Below are positions 46,732 through 54,495 of a stretch of DNA of 64,000 nt, in pieces. This DNA comes from Thermoanaerobaculia bacterium. GTDB lineage: Bacteria; Acidobacteriota; Thermoanaerobaculia; Multivoradales; Multivoraceae. The DNA lies in assembly GCA_963666565.1 (NCBI GenBank), contig OY762911.1:1472001-1536000 (forward strand), written 5' to 3'. Under the pieces are notes generated by a model. That model saw only the letters and a list, made by a program, of their open reading frames with translations. It did not search any database and had not been told where the DNA came from. The translations under genes were made by a program, and so were the position numbers. Position 1 is the first letter of the stretch; each line of letters opens with the position of its first letter.

Positions 46732-47244
46732 TCAGACGCAGTCGTTACTCTTCGCGACGACGAAGAGCGGGTCGCCGCCGTCGACGGTCTGGCCGACCTC
46801 CACGAGGAGCTTCTCCAGGCGGCCGTCGATCTCGGACTGGATCTCGTTCTCCATCTTCATCGCCTCGAGCACGACGACGCCCTGGCCGGAGGCCACCTCG
46901 TCGCCCTCGGCCGCGAGCACGGCCGTGACCCGGCCGGGCATGTAGGCGGTCGCCTCGAACACGTCGGCGGCGCCCTGCCGGGCCGCCTCTCCGAGGATCC
47001 GCGAGCGGGGGTCGATCACCGTGAGTTCGGCGCCGTCCACGGCGTAGACGCCCTTGCCGAGCGAGCGGACGTTCCGGGTCGCCTGGCGTCCGTCGACGAT
47101 CATGCTCAGTACGTCGGGCCGTCCCAGGGTCGCGGCGTCCACCCGGTACTCGCGGCCGTCGACCGCCACGGTCCACTGGCCGTCCGCCTCGTCGCGGACC
47201 TCGACGCGAACTTCGCCGGCGCCGCGGGCGACGATCAGTTCCAC
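46732..47244 (-). CDS. Biotin carboxyl carrier protein
   Basis: YMPGRV...VLEAMKMENEI. Confidence 0.9.
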   Translation of the reverse strand: MELIVARGAGEVRVEVRDEADGQWTVAVDGREYRVDAATLGRPDVLSMIVDGRQATRNVRSLGKGVYAVDGAELTVIDPRSRILGEAARQGAADVFEATAYMPGRVTAVLAAEGDEVASGQGVVVLEAMKMENEIQSEIDGRLEKLLVEVGQTVDGGDPLFVVAKSNDCV

Positions 47245-48779
47245 GCCGTGCCCCTCCGGGCGTCGCGGCGCGCGGCGAGCAGCCAGTTCGACCGCGGGGC
47301 GCCGTCGCCTGCCGCCGCGCCGGCGCCGTTCGTCTCGATCCGCGTCACGTGGGCGAGAACGGCGGCGAGGACGGGCAGATCGGCCTCCAGGGCGCCGTCC
47401 TCCGGCGCCGCCGGCCGCAACTCGCCGGTCTCGAGCTTGCGGTCGAGCATCGAGATGTCCATGTTGCCGGCTACGAAGTCCTCGTCCTCGAGCAGCAGTT
47501 CGAACAGGGGCAGGTTCGTGCGGATGCCCTCGACCCGGGTCTCGGCGAGCGCTCGCTTCAGCCGAGCCAGCGCGTCGGCGCGGTCCCGCCCCCAGACGAT
47601 CAGCTTGGCCAGCATCGGGTCGTAGTGGATCGTGACCTCGGCGCCCTCGTAGACGCCGCAGTCGTTGCGCACGCCCGGCCCCTCCGGCAGTTGCAGCAGT
47701 TCGATCCGGCCGGGCGAGGGCGCAAAGTTGCGGAACGGATCCTCCGCGTACAGCCGGACCTCGACGGCGTGCCCCCTGGGCTCGATGCCGTTCTCGAGGG
47801 CCTCGGGCAGCGGCTCGCCGGCCGCGATGTCGAGCTGGGCGGCGACGATGTCGATGCCGGTCACCAGCTCGGTGACCGGATGCTCCACCTGGATCCTCGT
47901 GTTCATCTCCAGGAAGTAGAAGTCCCCCCGCGGATCGAGCAGGAACTCGACCGTGCCGGCGCCGGCGTAGTTCACCGCGGCGGCGGCGCGGACCGCCGCT
48001 TCGCCCATGCGGCGGCGGAGATCCGCGTCGACGACGGGCGACGGCGCCTCCTCGACGACCTTCTGGTGGCGTCGTTGCAGCGAGCACTCCCGTTCGCCGA
48101 GGGAGACGATCCGTCCGTGCCGGTCGCCGAGGATCTGGATCTCGACGTGGCGGGGCCGCTCGACGAAGCGCTCGATGTAGACCGAGGCGTCGTCGAAGCT
48201 GGCGCCGGCCTCCGAGGTCGCGCCGCGGAACGCCGCGTCGAGCTCGCTCTCCTCGCGCACCAGCCGCATCCCCTTGCCGCCGCCGCCGGCGGACGCCTTC
48301 AGCATCACCGGGTAGCCGATCTCGGCCGCCGCCGCGCGGGCAGCCTCGGCGGAGGCCAGCGGGTCCGTGCCGCCCGGCACGATGGGCACGCCGGCCGCGG
48401 TCATCAGGCGGCGGCTCTCGATCTTCGAGCCCATCGCCGCGATCGCCGCCGACGGCGGCCCGATGAAGGCGATGCCGCGCTCCTCGCAGAGACGGGCGAA
48501 ACCGGCGTTCTCCGACAGGAAGCCGTAGCCGGGATGGATCGCGTCGGCGCCGACGAAGGCGGCGAGGTCGACGATCCTCCCGGCCTGGAGGTAGCTCTCG
48601 ATCGAGGGCGCGGGGCCGATGCAGTGCGCCTCGTCCGCCATCCGCGTGGCGAGACCGGCGCGGTCCGCCTCCGAGTAGACGGCGACCGAGACGATGCCGC
48701 GCTCGCGGAGCGCCCGGATCACCCGCACCGCGATCTCGCCGCGGTTCGCGACGAGTACCTTCCGTAGGCCGTTCTTCAT
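47235..48779 (-). CDS. accC: Acyl-CoA carboxylase biotin carboxylase subunit
   Basis: VANRGEIA, HPGYGFLSEN, GGGGKGMR, ECSLQRRHQK, EMNTRIQVEH. Confidence 0.93.
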   Translation of the reverse strand: MKNGLRKVLVANRGEIAVRVIRALRERGIVSVAVYSEADRAGLATRMADEAHCIGPAPSIESYLQAGRIVDLAAFVGADAIHPGYGFLSENAGFARLCEERGIAFIGPPSAAIAAMGSKIESRRLMTAAGVPIVPGGTDPLASAEAARAAAAEIGYPVMLKASAGGGGKGMRLVREESELDAAFRGATSEAGASFDDASVYIERFVERPRHVEIQILGDRHGRIVSLGERECSLQRRHQKVVEEAPSPVVDADLRRRMGEAAVRAAAAVNYAGAGTVEFLLDPRGDFYFLEMNTRIQVEHPVTELVTGIDIVAAQLDIAAGEPLPEALENGIEPRGHAVEVRLYAEDPFRNFAPSPGRIELLQLPEGPGVRNDCGVYEGAEVTIHYDPMLAKLIVWGRDRADALARLKRALAETRVEGIRTNLPLFELLLEDEDFVAGNMDISMLDRKLETGELRPAAPEDGALEADLPVLAAVLAHVTRIETNGAGAAAGDGAPRSNWLLAARRDARRGTAWN

Positions 48780-48840
48780 GCCAGAAGGCGCATCCTAGTA
48801 GCTTGCGCCGTAGCTTGCGTCGCGAACGCAGCGGCGCGGC

Positions 48841-48883
48841 GTCGGACGGACCCGCCCCTCCTGACCCGACTGGGCTGGACGTC
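48841..48883 (-). repeat. Internally deleted copy of the long-hairpin element (D subtype)
   Basis: GTCGGACGGACCCGCCC (matches the reverse complement of 61591-61607) joined to CTCCTGACCCGACTGGGCTGGACGTC (identical to the right end of copy D). Confidence 0.75.
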
Positions 48884-48942
48884 GGTGCCTGGGCCGATGG
48901 CGATACTCTCGAATCGGGTTGGGCGGAACAGGAGGATCTTCG

Positions 48943-50304
48943 ATGGAACGCAGTCTCGGACCGGAATCCACGACCGGCGGCGCGTGGGGATCTCCGGTCA
49001 CAAGGAAAGCCGTCGTGCGGTCGGGACTGGCGGCGCTGCTCGTCACTCCCTTCTGGGCGTCGTCGCTCGCTGCGGGCTTGAGGCAGGAATCGGAGGACGA
49101 GGACTCCGGGTCGCCGGACCGCCCGGAAGGCCGGGGCGCGACGGACGAGGAGATCGTCCTCGGCGTGTCGGCCGCCTTCTCGGGGCCGTCGCGGGGGCTC
49201 GGAACGGAGCTCTACCGGGGCGCGACCGCCTACTTCAACCACGTGAACGAGAACGGGGGGATCGAGGGCCGCAGGATCGCCCTCAAGCTCTACGACGACG
49301 GGTATCAGCCGGACCCCTGCGTCCAGAACACGATGAGGCTGATGCTGGAGGACAATGTGTTCCTCCTGTTCGGCTACGTCGGGACGCCGACGGTCACCCG
49401 GGTTCTTCCGATCCTCAAGAAGTTCCAGGACGAGAGGATCTTCCTGTTCTTCCCCTTCACCGGCGCCCAGCCGCAGCGGGAGCCGCCGTACGGCGACTTC
49501 GCCTTCAACCTGCGGGCGTCCTACAACCAGGAGACGGCAGGGCTGGTCGACAACCTGGTGCGGATCGGCCGGCGGCGGATCGCGGTCTTCTACCAGATCG
49601 ACGCCTACGGCCGGAGCGGCTGGGCCGGGGTCCGGGCGGCGCTGGCGAAGCACGGCGAGCGGCTCGCCGGCGAGGCGACCTACAGCCGCGGCGAGAAGTT
49701 CACCGGCAGCATGAGGAAGCAGGTCGAGATCCTGCAGGGGGTCTCGCCGGACGCGGTCATCTGCATCGGCGCCTACGCCGCCTGCGCCGCGTTCGCGCGC
49801 GACGCGGTGGACCTCGGGCTCGACGTACCGATCGCCAACCTCTCCTTCGTCGGCAGCGAGAACCTGCTCAAGCTCCTGACCGAGGGGCAGGAGGACGCCG
49901 AGAGGTACACCCGGCAGTTGATCGCCTCCCAGGTCGTTCCGAGCTACGAGGACACGTCGATCCCGGCGGTTCGCGAGTACCGGGACCTGATGGCGCGTTA
50001 CGACCCCCAGGTGCCGGCCGCCCTGGTCCAGGAGGAGTACGCGCCGTTTCCGCACAGCTTCGGCAGCCTGGAGGGATTCCTGAACGCCAAGCTGCTGGCG
50101 GAGATCCTCCGGCGGCTGGGGCCGAACCCGGACCGGGCGGGGCTGGAGGAGGCGGTCTTCTCGATCGACGACTTCGATCTCGGCATCAGCGAGCGCGTGT
50201 CGTTCGGTCCCGACCGGCGCCAGGGACTGCAGAGCGTCTACCACACCGTCGTCGAGGAGGGCCGCTTCGTGCCGCTCGACGACTGGGGCGCCAGGTTCGG
50301 TTGA
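48943..50304 (+). CDS. LivJ/LivK-like periplasmic ligand-binding protein
   Basis: IVLGVSAAFSG, GGIEGRRI...DDGYQP, GYVGTPT, FNLRASY, SLEGFLNA; AGGAGG SD. Confidence 0.9.
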   Translation: MERSLGPESTTGGAWGSPVTRKAVVRSGLAALLVTPFWASSLAAGLRQESEDEDSGSPDRPEGRGATDEEIVLGVSAAFSGPSRGLGTELYRGATAYFNHVNENGGIEGRRIALKLYDDGYQPDPCVQNTMRLMLEDNVFLLFGYVGTPTVTRVLPILKKFQDERIFLFFPFTGAQPQREPPYGDFAFNLRASYNQETAGLVDNLVRIGRRRIAVFYQIDAYGRSGWAGVRAALAKHGERLAGEATYSRGEKFTGSMRKQVEILQGVSPDAVICIGAYAACAAFARDAVDLGLDVPIANLSFVGSENLLKLLTEGQEDAERYTRQLIASQVVPSYEDTSIPAVREYRDLMARYDPQVPAALVQEEYAPFPHSFGSLEGFLNAKLLAEILRRLGPNPDRAGLEEAVFSIDDFDLGISERVSFGPDRRQGLQSVYHTVVEEGRFVPLDDWGARFG

Positions 50305-50305
50305 G

Positions 50306-51046
50306 ATGAAGATCCACAGGCTGTTCAAGTGGACGAGGTTCGGCATCTTCGCCGTCTTCGGCCTGATCGTCCTCTCGACTTCGATTCTCTGCATCTACAC
50401 CGTCGACACGGAGCTTTCGGCGGAGTACGAGGTCAACGCCCAGAACATCGCCAAGACGATCGCGGACTCGAGCGCCGGCATTCTCCTGAACCAGAATCTC
50501 GCGACGCTGCAGTCGCTGGTCGATCAGTTTCTCGCGGTGCAGGGCATCCGTTACATCTACATCACCAGCGAGACAGGCGAGTTTCTGGCGCACACGTTCG
50601 TTCCCGGCATCCCGGAGGAGATCCTCCAGAGCGACCACGCGAGCACGGCGCCGGTGGAACGGAACCTGCCCGGAATGGGCGACTTCATCGAGGTCGGCAG
50701 CCCGATCCTCGCGGGCGTCGCCGGCACCGTGCACGTCGGCATGGACCTCGACGTCGTCGCGCTCAAGATCCAGCGCGCCATCGGCCAGCAGGTCTACCTG
50801 ATCAGCGTCATGCTCGTCCTCGCGGTGCTGGCCTCGATCTGGTTCGTCAACCTGGCGGCCAAGCCGCTGGGGGAACTCCTCGCCTACGCGGTGGAACTGG
50901 CGAAGGACGGGGAGAACGACGAGCTGGGCGAGCGCGACATCCTGGGGCGGGACGACGAGGTGGGCCACCTGGCGCGGCTGTTCCTCCACGTGTCGCGGCA
51001 GGGCGCCGGCCGGGGTCTGCCGGCGGGCGCGCCGGGCGCGGAGTAG
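50306..51046 (+). CDS. Two-TM membrane protein with periplasmic sensor-like domain and terminal HAMP, no output domain
   Basis: TM - periplasmic domain - TM - KPLGEL...DDEVGHLARLF, then stop. Confidence 0.8.
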   Translation: MKIHRLFKWTRFGIFAVFGLIVLSTSILCIYTVDTELSAEYEVNAQNIAKTIADSSAGILLNQNLATLQSLVDQFLAVQGIRYIYITSETGEFLAHTFVPGIPEEILQSDHASTAPVERNLPGMGDFIEVGSPILAGVAGTVHVGMDLDVVALKIQRAIGQQVYLISVMLVLAVLASIWFVNLAAKPLGELLAYAVELAKDGENDELGERDILGRDDEVGHLARLFLHVSRQGAGRGLPAGAPGAE

Positions 51047-51052
51047 GCCGGC

Positions 51053-52372
51053 GTGCGGGTACCCCGAGTCGTCATCGCGCTGCTCTGCACGACGCTCCAG
51101 TTGTGCTTCGGCACGGTCTACGCCTGGAGCTTCTTCCAGACGATGCTGGTGCGGCAGGCCGGCTGGACGTTCTCGCAGACGGCCTGGGCCTTCAGCATCA
51201 CGATCTTCTCGCTCGGCGTCTCGGCCGCGTGGGCCGGACAGGCGCTGCCGCGGTTCGGGCCGAGGAAGCTCGCCCTGATCGGCAGCGTCATGTTCTCGGG
51301 CGGCTACGTGATCGCGGCCGTCGCGCTCCGGCTGGACATGCTGCCGCTGTTCTACGCCGGCTACGGGGTGATCGGCGGCGCCGGCATCGGCCTCGGCTAC
51401 GTGACGCCGGTGGCGACGGTCGCCAAGTGGTTCCCGGACCACAAGGGGCTGGTCACCGGGATCGTCGTCATGGGTTTCGGCGTCGGCGCCTTCCTGCTCA
51501 GCAAGGGCCTGGCGCCGCTGCTGGTGGTGGGCGCCGGCGAGGACCTCTCCCAGGTCTTCCTCTGGCTCGGTCTCATCTTCGGCGGCCTGCTGATCCCCTG
51601 CAGCCTGCTGCTGAGCGATCCGCCCGCGCCCTCGGAACTGCCGAAGGTCGTGGCGGGGCCGGCCGCGCCGACGCCCGCCGAGGCCGCCGGGGACGACGCC
51701 GCGGTCAGGACCTACCTCGGTTCCCAGCAGTTCGTCTTCATGTGGATCGTCTTCTTCTTCAACATCGCGGCCGGCATCACGGTGATCAGCTTCCAGTCGG
51801 AGCTGCTGCAGGAGGTCTGGGGGCTCTCCGACCCCTCGCTCGAACCGGCGACCCTGGCGGAGTACGGGGCCACCTTGATCGCGGTCAGTTCCCTGTGCAA
51901 CGGCGTCGGCAGGCTGTTCTGGGGCCTGCTGTCGGACCGCATCGGCCGGGTCAGGGTGTTCCGGATCCTGCTGGCGAGCCAGATGGTCGTCTTCGGCGTG
52001 CTGATGACCGAGACGAACCCGGTGGTCTTCTCCGTGCTCGTCTGCTACGTCCTCCTCTGCTTCGGCGGCGGGTTCGCCACCATGCCGCCCTTCGTCCTGG
52101 ACGTGTTCGGCTCGAGGAAGATGTCCTCGGTCTACGGCGCCGTGCTCACCGCCTGGGCGGCGGCGGGGATCTTCGGCCCGGTCTACCTGGGTTACCTGAA
52201 GGACGTCTACCCGGACCGCGCGGTCATGTACTGCTTCCTGGTCGGGATCCTCATGCTGGGCGGCGGCTTCCTCTTCTCCTACCTGTTGACCGACGACCGG
52301 CTGCGGATGGGGCGCCCGACGCTCGAGGGAACCCTGCGCCAGTTCGGGATTCCCGTTCCAGGCAAGGGGTAG
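51053..52372 (+). CDS. OFA (oxalate:formate antiporter) family MFS transporter
   Basis: GTVYAWS, GIGLGYVTP...KWFPDHKGL, NGVGRLFWGLLSDRIGR, FGGGFATMP. Confidence 0.9.
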   Translation: MRVPRVVIALLCTTLQLCFGTVYAWSFFQTMLVRQAGWTFSQTAWAFSITIFSLGVSAAWAGQALPRFGPRKLALIGSVMFSGGYVIAAVALRLDMLPLFYAGYGVIGGAGIGLGYVTPVATVAKWFPDHKGLVTGIVVMGFGVGAFLLSKGLAPLLVVGAGEDLSQVFLWLGLIFGGLLIPCSLLLSDPPAPSELPKVVAGPAAPTPAEAAGDDAAVRTYLGSQQFVFMWIVFFFNIAAGITVISFQSELLQEVWGLSDPSLEPATLAEYGATLIAVSSLCNGVGRLFWGLLSDRIGRVRVFRILLASQMVVFGVLMTETNPVVFSVLVCYVLLCFGGGFATMPPFVLDVFGSRKMSSVYGAVLTAWAAAGIFGPVYLGYLKDVYPDRAVMYCFLVGILMLGGGFLFSYLLTDDRLRMGRPTLEGTLRQFGIPVPGKG

Positions 52373-52468
52373 GGAACTGCTCTCTCCCGCGGCCGCGCCG
52401 GCGAGCGCGCGCGTCCTGCCGGCGCCCGGCGCGCCGCGGCTCGCGCCGCGCCGGCACGGGAGCGCCGC

Positions 52469-53356
52469 GTGATCGCTGCCGTCCTGAGGTCGCTCCGGCC
52501 GGCGCAGTGGAGCAAGAACGTGTTCGTTCTGGCGCCGGCCGCGTTCGCCGGCAGCCTGCTGGACGGCGGCGCGCTGGCCGCCTCGGCGACCGCCTTCGCG
52601 GCGTTCTGCGCGGCGGCCAGCTCCGTCTACCTGTTCAACGATCTGCGCGACCGCGAGCTGGACCGCCGCCATCCGACCAAGAGGCTGCGGCCGGTGGCGT
52701 CGGGCGCCCTGGGCGCGGCGACGGCCGCGGCAGTCAGCGCGGGGCTGGCGGCCGCCGCCGTCGGCGCCGCCTGGACCCTCGACGGCCGCGCGGTCCAGCT
52801 CGTCGCCGCCTACCTCCTGGTGAACCTCCTCTACTGCCTGTGGTTGAAGCGGGTCGTGATCGTCGACGTGATGGTGCTGTCGAGCGGCTACGTGATCCGC
52901 GTGCTGGCTGGCGGCGCCGCGGTCGGCGTGGCGGTTTCCGCCTGGCTGGTGCTCTGCACCGTCTTCCTGGCGCTCTTCCTGGGGTTCTCCAAGCGGCGGC
53001 ACGAACTGGTGCTTCTGTCGGGCGAGGCCCGCGAGCAGCGGGCGGTGCTCAGCCAGTACAGCCGGACGTTCCTCGACCAGATGATGAACGTGGTGACCGC
53101 CTCGACGCTGCTGTCCTACGCCCTGTACGCCACGGCCGACGAGACGGTCGCACGCTTCGGCGCCTACAGCCTGGTCTGGACGGTTCCCTTCGTGCTCTTC
53201 GGCATCTTCCGCTACCTCTACCTCATCCACCAGGCCGAGAATCCGAAGCAGCGGAATCCGACCGAGCTACTCCTGTTCGATGCGCCGTTCCTCGTCAACA
53301 TGGGGCTCTACAGCCTGACGGTCTTCCTGATCGTCTACGGTCGCGGCCCGTCCTGA
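52469..53356 (+). CDS. UbiA-family prenyltransferase (decaprenyl-phosphate phosphoribosyltransferase-like)
   Basis: LRPAQWSKN, YLFNDLRDRELDRRHPTKRLRPVASG, KRRHEL, FGIFRYL. Confidence 0.9.
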   Translation: MIAAVLRSLRPAQWSKNVFVLAPAAFAGSLLDGGALAASATAFAAFCAAASSVYLFNDLRDRELDRRHPTKRLRPVASGALGAATAAAVSAGLAAAAVGAAWTLDGRAVQLVAAYLLVNLLYCLWLKRVVIVDVMVLSSGYVIRVLAGGAAVGVAVSAWLVLCTVFLALFLGFSKRRHELVLLSGEAREQRAVLSQYSRTFLDQMMNVVTASTLLSYALYATADETVARFGAYSLVWTVPFVLFGIFRYLYLIHQAENPKQRNPTELLLFDAPFLVNMGLYSLTVFLIVYGRGPS

Positions 53357-54418
53357 GCGCCCTCCCGCGTTCGACCGGCGCAGCAGCCACAGCACCCAGG
53401 GCATGGCCAGCAGGCCCACGGCGACCGCGAACCACAGGGTGGCGGCCCGGACGATGACGGTCGCGGCCATCGCCGCGTCGAGGCCGACGCCCTGGCGCTC
53501 CAGCAGCAGGACGAGGGACCCCTCCGCGGCGAGGAGGCCGCCCGGCAGCATCGAGGCGGCGCCGGCGATGCTGGAGGCCGCGTAGTCGAACACGGAGGCC
53601 AGGACGGGCACGGACGGCGCGTAGTGCCGGACGACGAGCGCGCAGCCGACGCCCTCCGCCGCCCACGCGGCGGTGGAGAGGGCGAGGCCCGCGAGCAGCG
53701 TCCGGGTCTCGAGCAGGCGCGCGAAGGCCTGGTGGATGTCGATCAGCACCGCCGCTCGCCCCTTGGCGAGCCGGGTCTTCGCCAGCAGGGGCAGCAGGCG
53801 CCGGACCAGCGGCCCGTACGCCGCCGCCACCGCGGCCGCCGCCGCGACGAGGACGACCGGCGCCATGAACGAGCCTTGGCCGGTGAAGACGAGGGCCGAC
53901 GACGCGATCAGCAGCAGGACGGCGAGCACGTCGAGCAGCCGTTCCGTCACGACGACCGCGACGACCGGGCGCGCCCGTCCGCCGCCGAACTCGCGCGCCA
54001 TCCACGCCTTGGCGAGTTCGCCCGCCTTGCCGGGGGTGACCGCGAGCAGGAAGCCGGTCAGGAAGATCGCGAGGCTGCGGGTCCAGGGCAGGCGGACGTC
54101 GAGGCGCCGCAGGTAGAGCTGCCAGCGCACGAAGCGCAGCCAGTAGTTGACGGCGGACAGCAGCAGCACGACGGCCAGCGTCGCGGGACTGAAGCCGCGG
54201 ATCAGCTCGCGGATCCGCCCGAAGTCGCCCAGGAAGCCGAACGCGGCGAACGTCACCGTGCCCAGCAGGAGCAGAACCAGCAGGCCGCGTCCGATGCCCC
54301 GGAACGGCCGGTTCAAGTCGGCCGCTCCTGGCGAGGTGGGGGCTGGGGCCGAACCTGGCGCCTGCGACGGGTCCGGCGGCGTTTGGCGGTGGTCGGTGAG
54401 CGGCACGGGCGGCAGCAT
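53267..54418 (-). CDS. Lysylphosphatidylglycerol-synthase TM / flippase-like protein (UPF0104)
   Basis: LRFVRW, TPGKAGELAK, ERLLD, LPGGLLAAEG, RAATLWF; 3' end overlaps the UbiA gene. Confidence 0.85.
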   Translation of the reverse strand: MLPPVPLTDHRQTPPDPSQAPGSAPAPTSPGAADLNRPFRGIGRGLLVLLLLGTVTFAAFGFLGDFGRIRELIRGFSPATLAVVLLLSAVNYWLRFVRWQLYLRRLDVRLPWTRSLAIFLTGFLLAVTPGKAGELAKAWMAREFGGGRARPVVAVVVTERLLDVLAVLLLIASSALVFTGQGSFMAPVVLVAAAAAVAAAYGPLVRRLLPLLAKTRLAKGRAAVLIDIHQAFARLLETRTLLAGLALSTAAWAAEGVGCALVVRHYAPSVPVLASVFDYAASSIAGAASMLPGGLLAAEGSLVLLLERQGVGLDAAMAATVIVRAATLWFAVAVGLLAMPWVLWLLRRSNAGGRSGRAATVDDQEDRQAVEPHVDEERRIEQE

Positions 54419-54495
54419 GGACGCTAGCAGCTTGAGGATCGTAAGGACGGGTATGGCGTACGGGTCGGGTGGGAGGCGCTAAGCTGATTCGGCAC

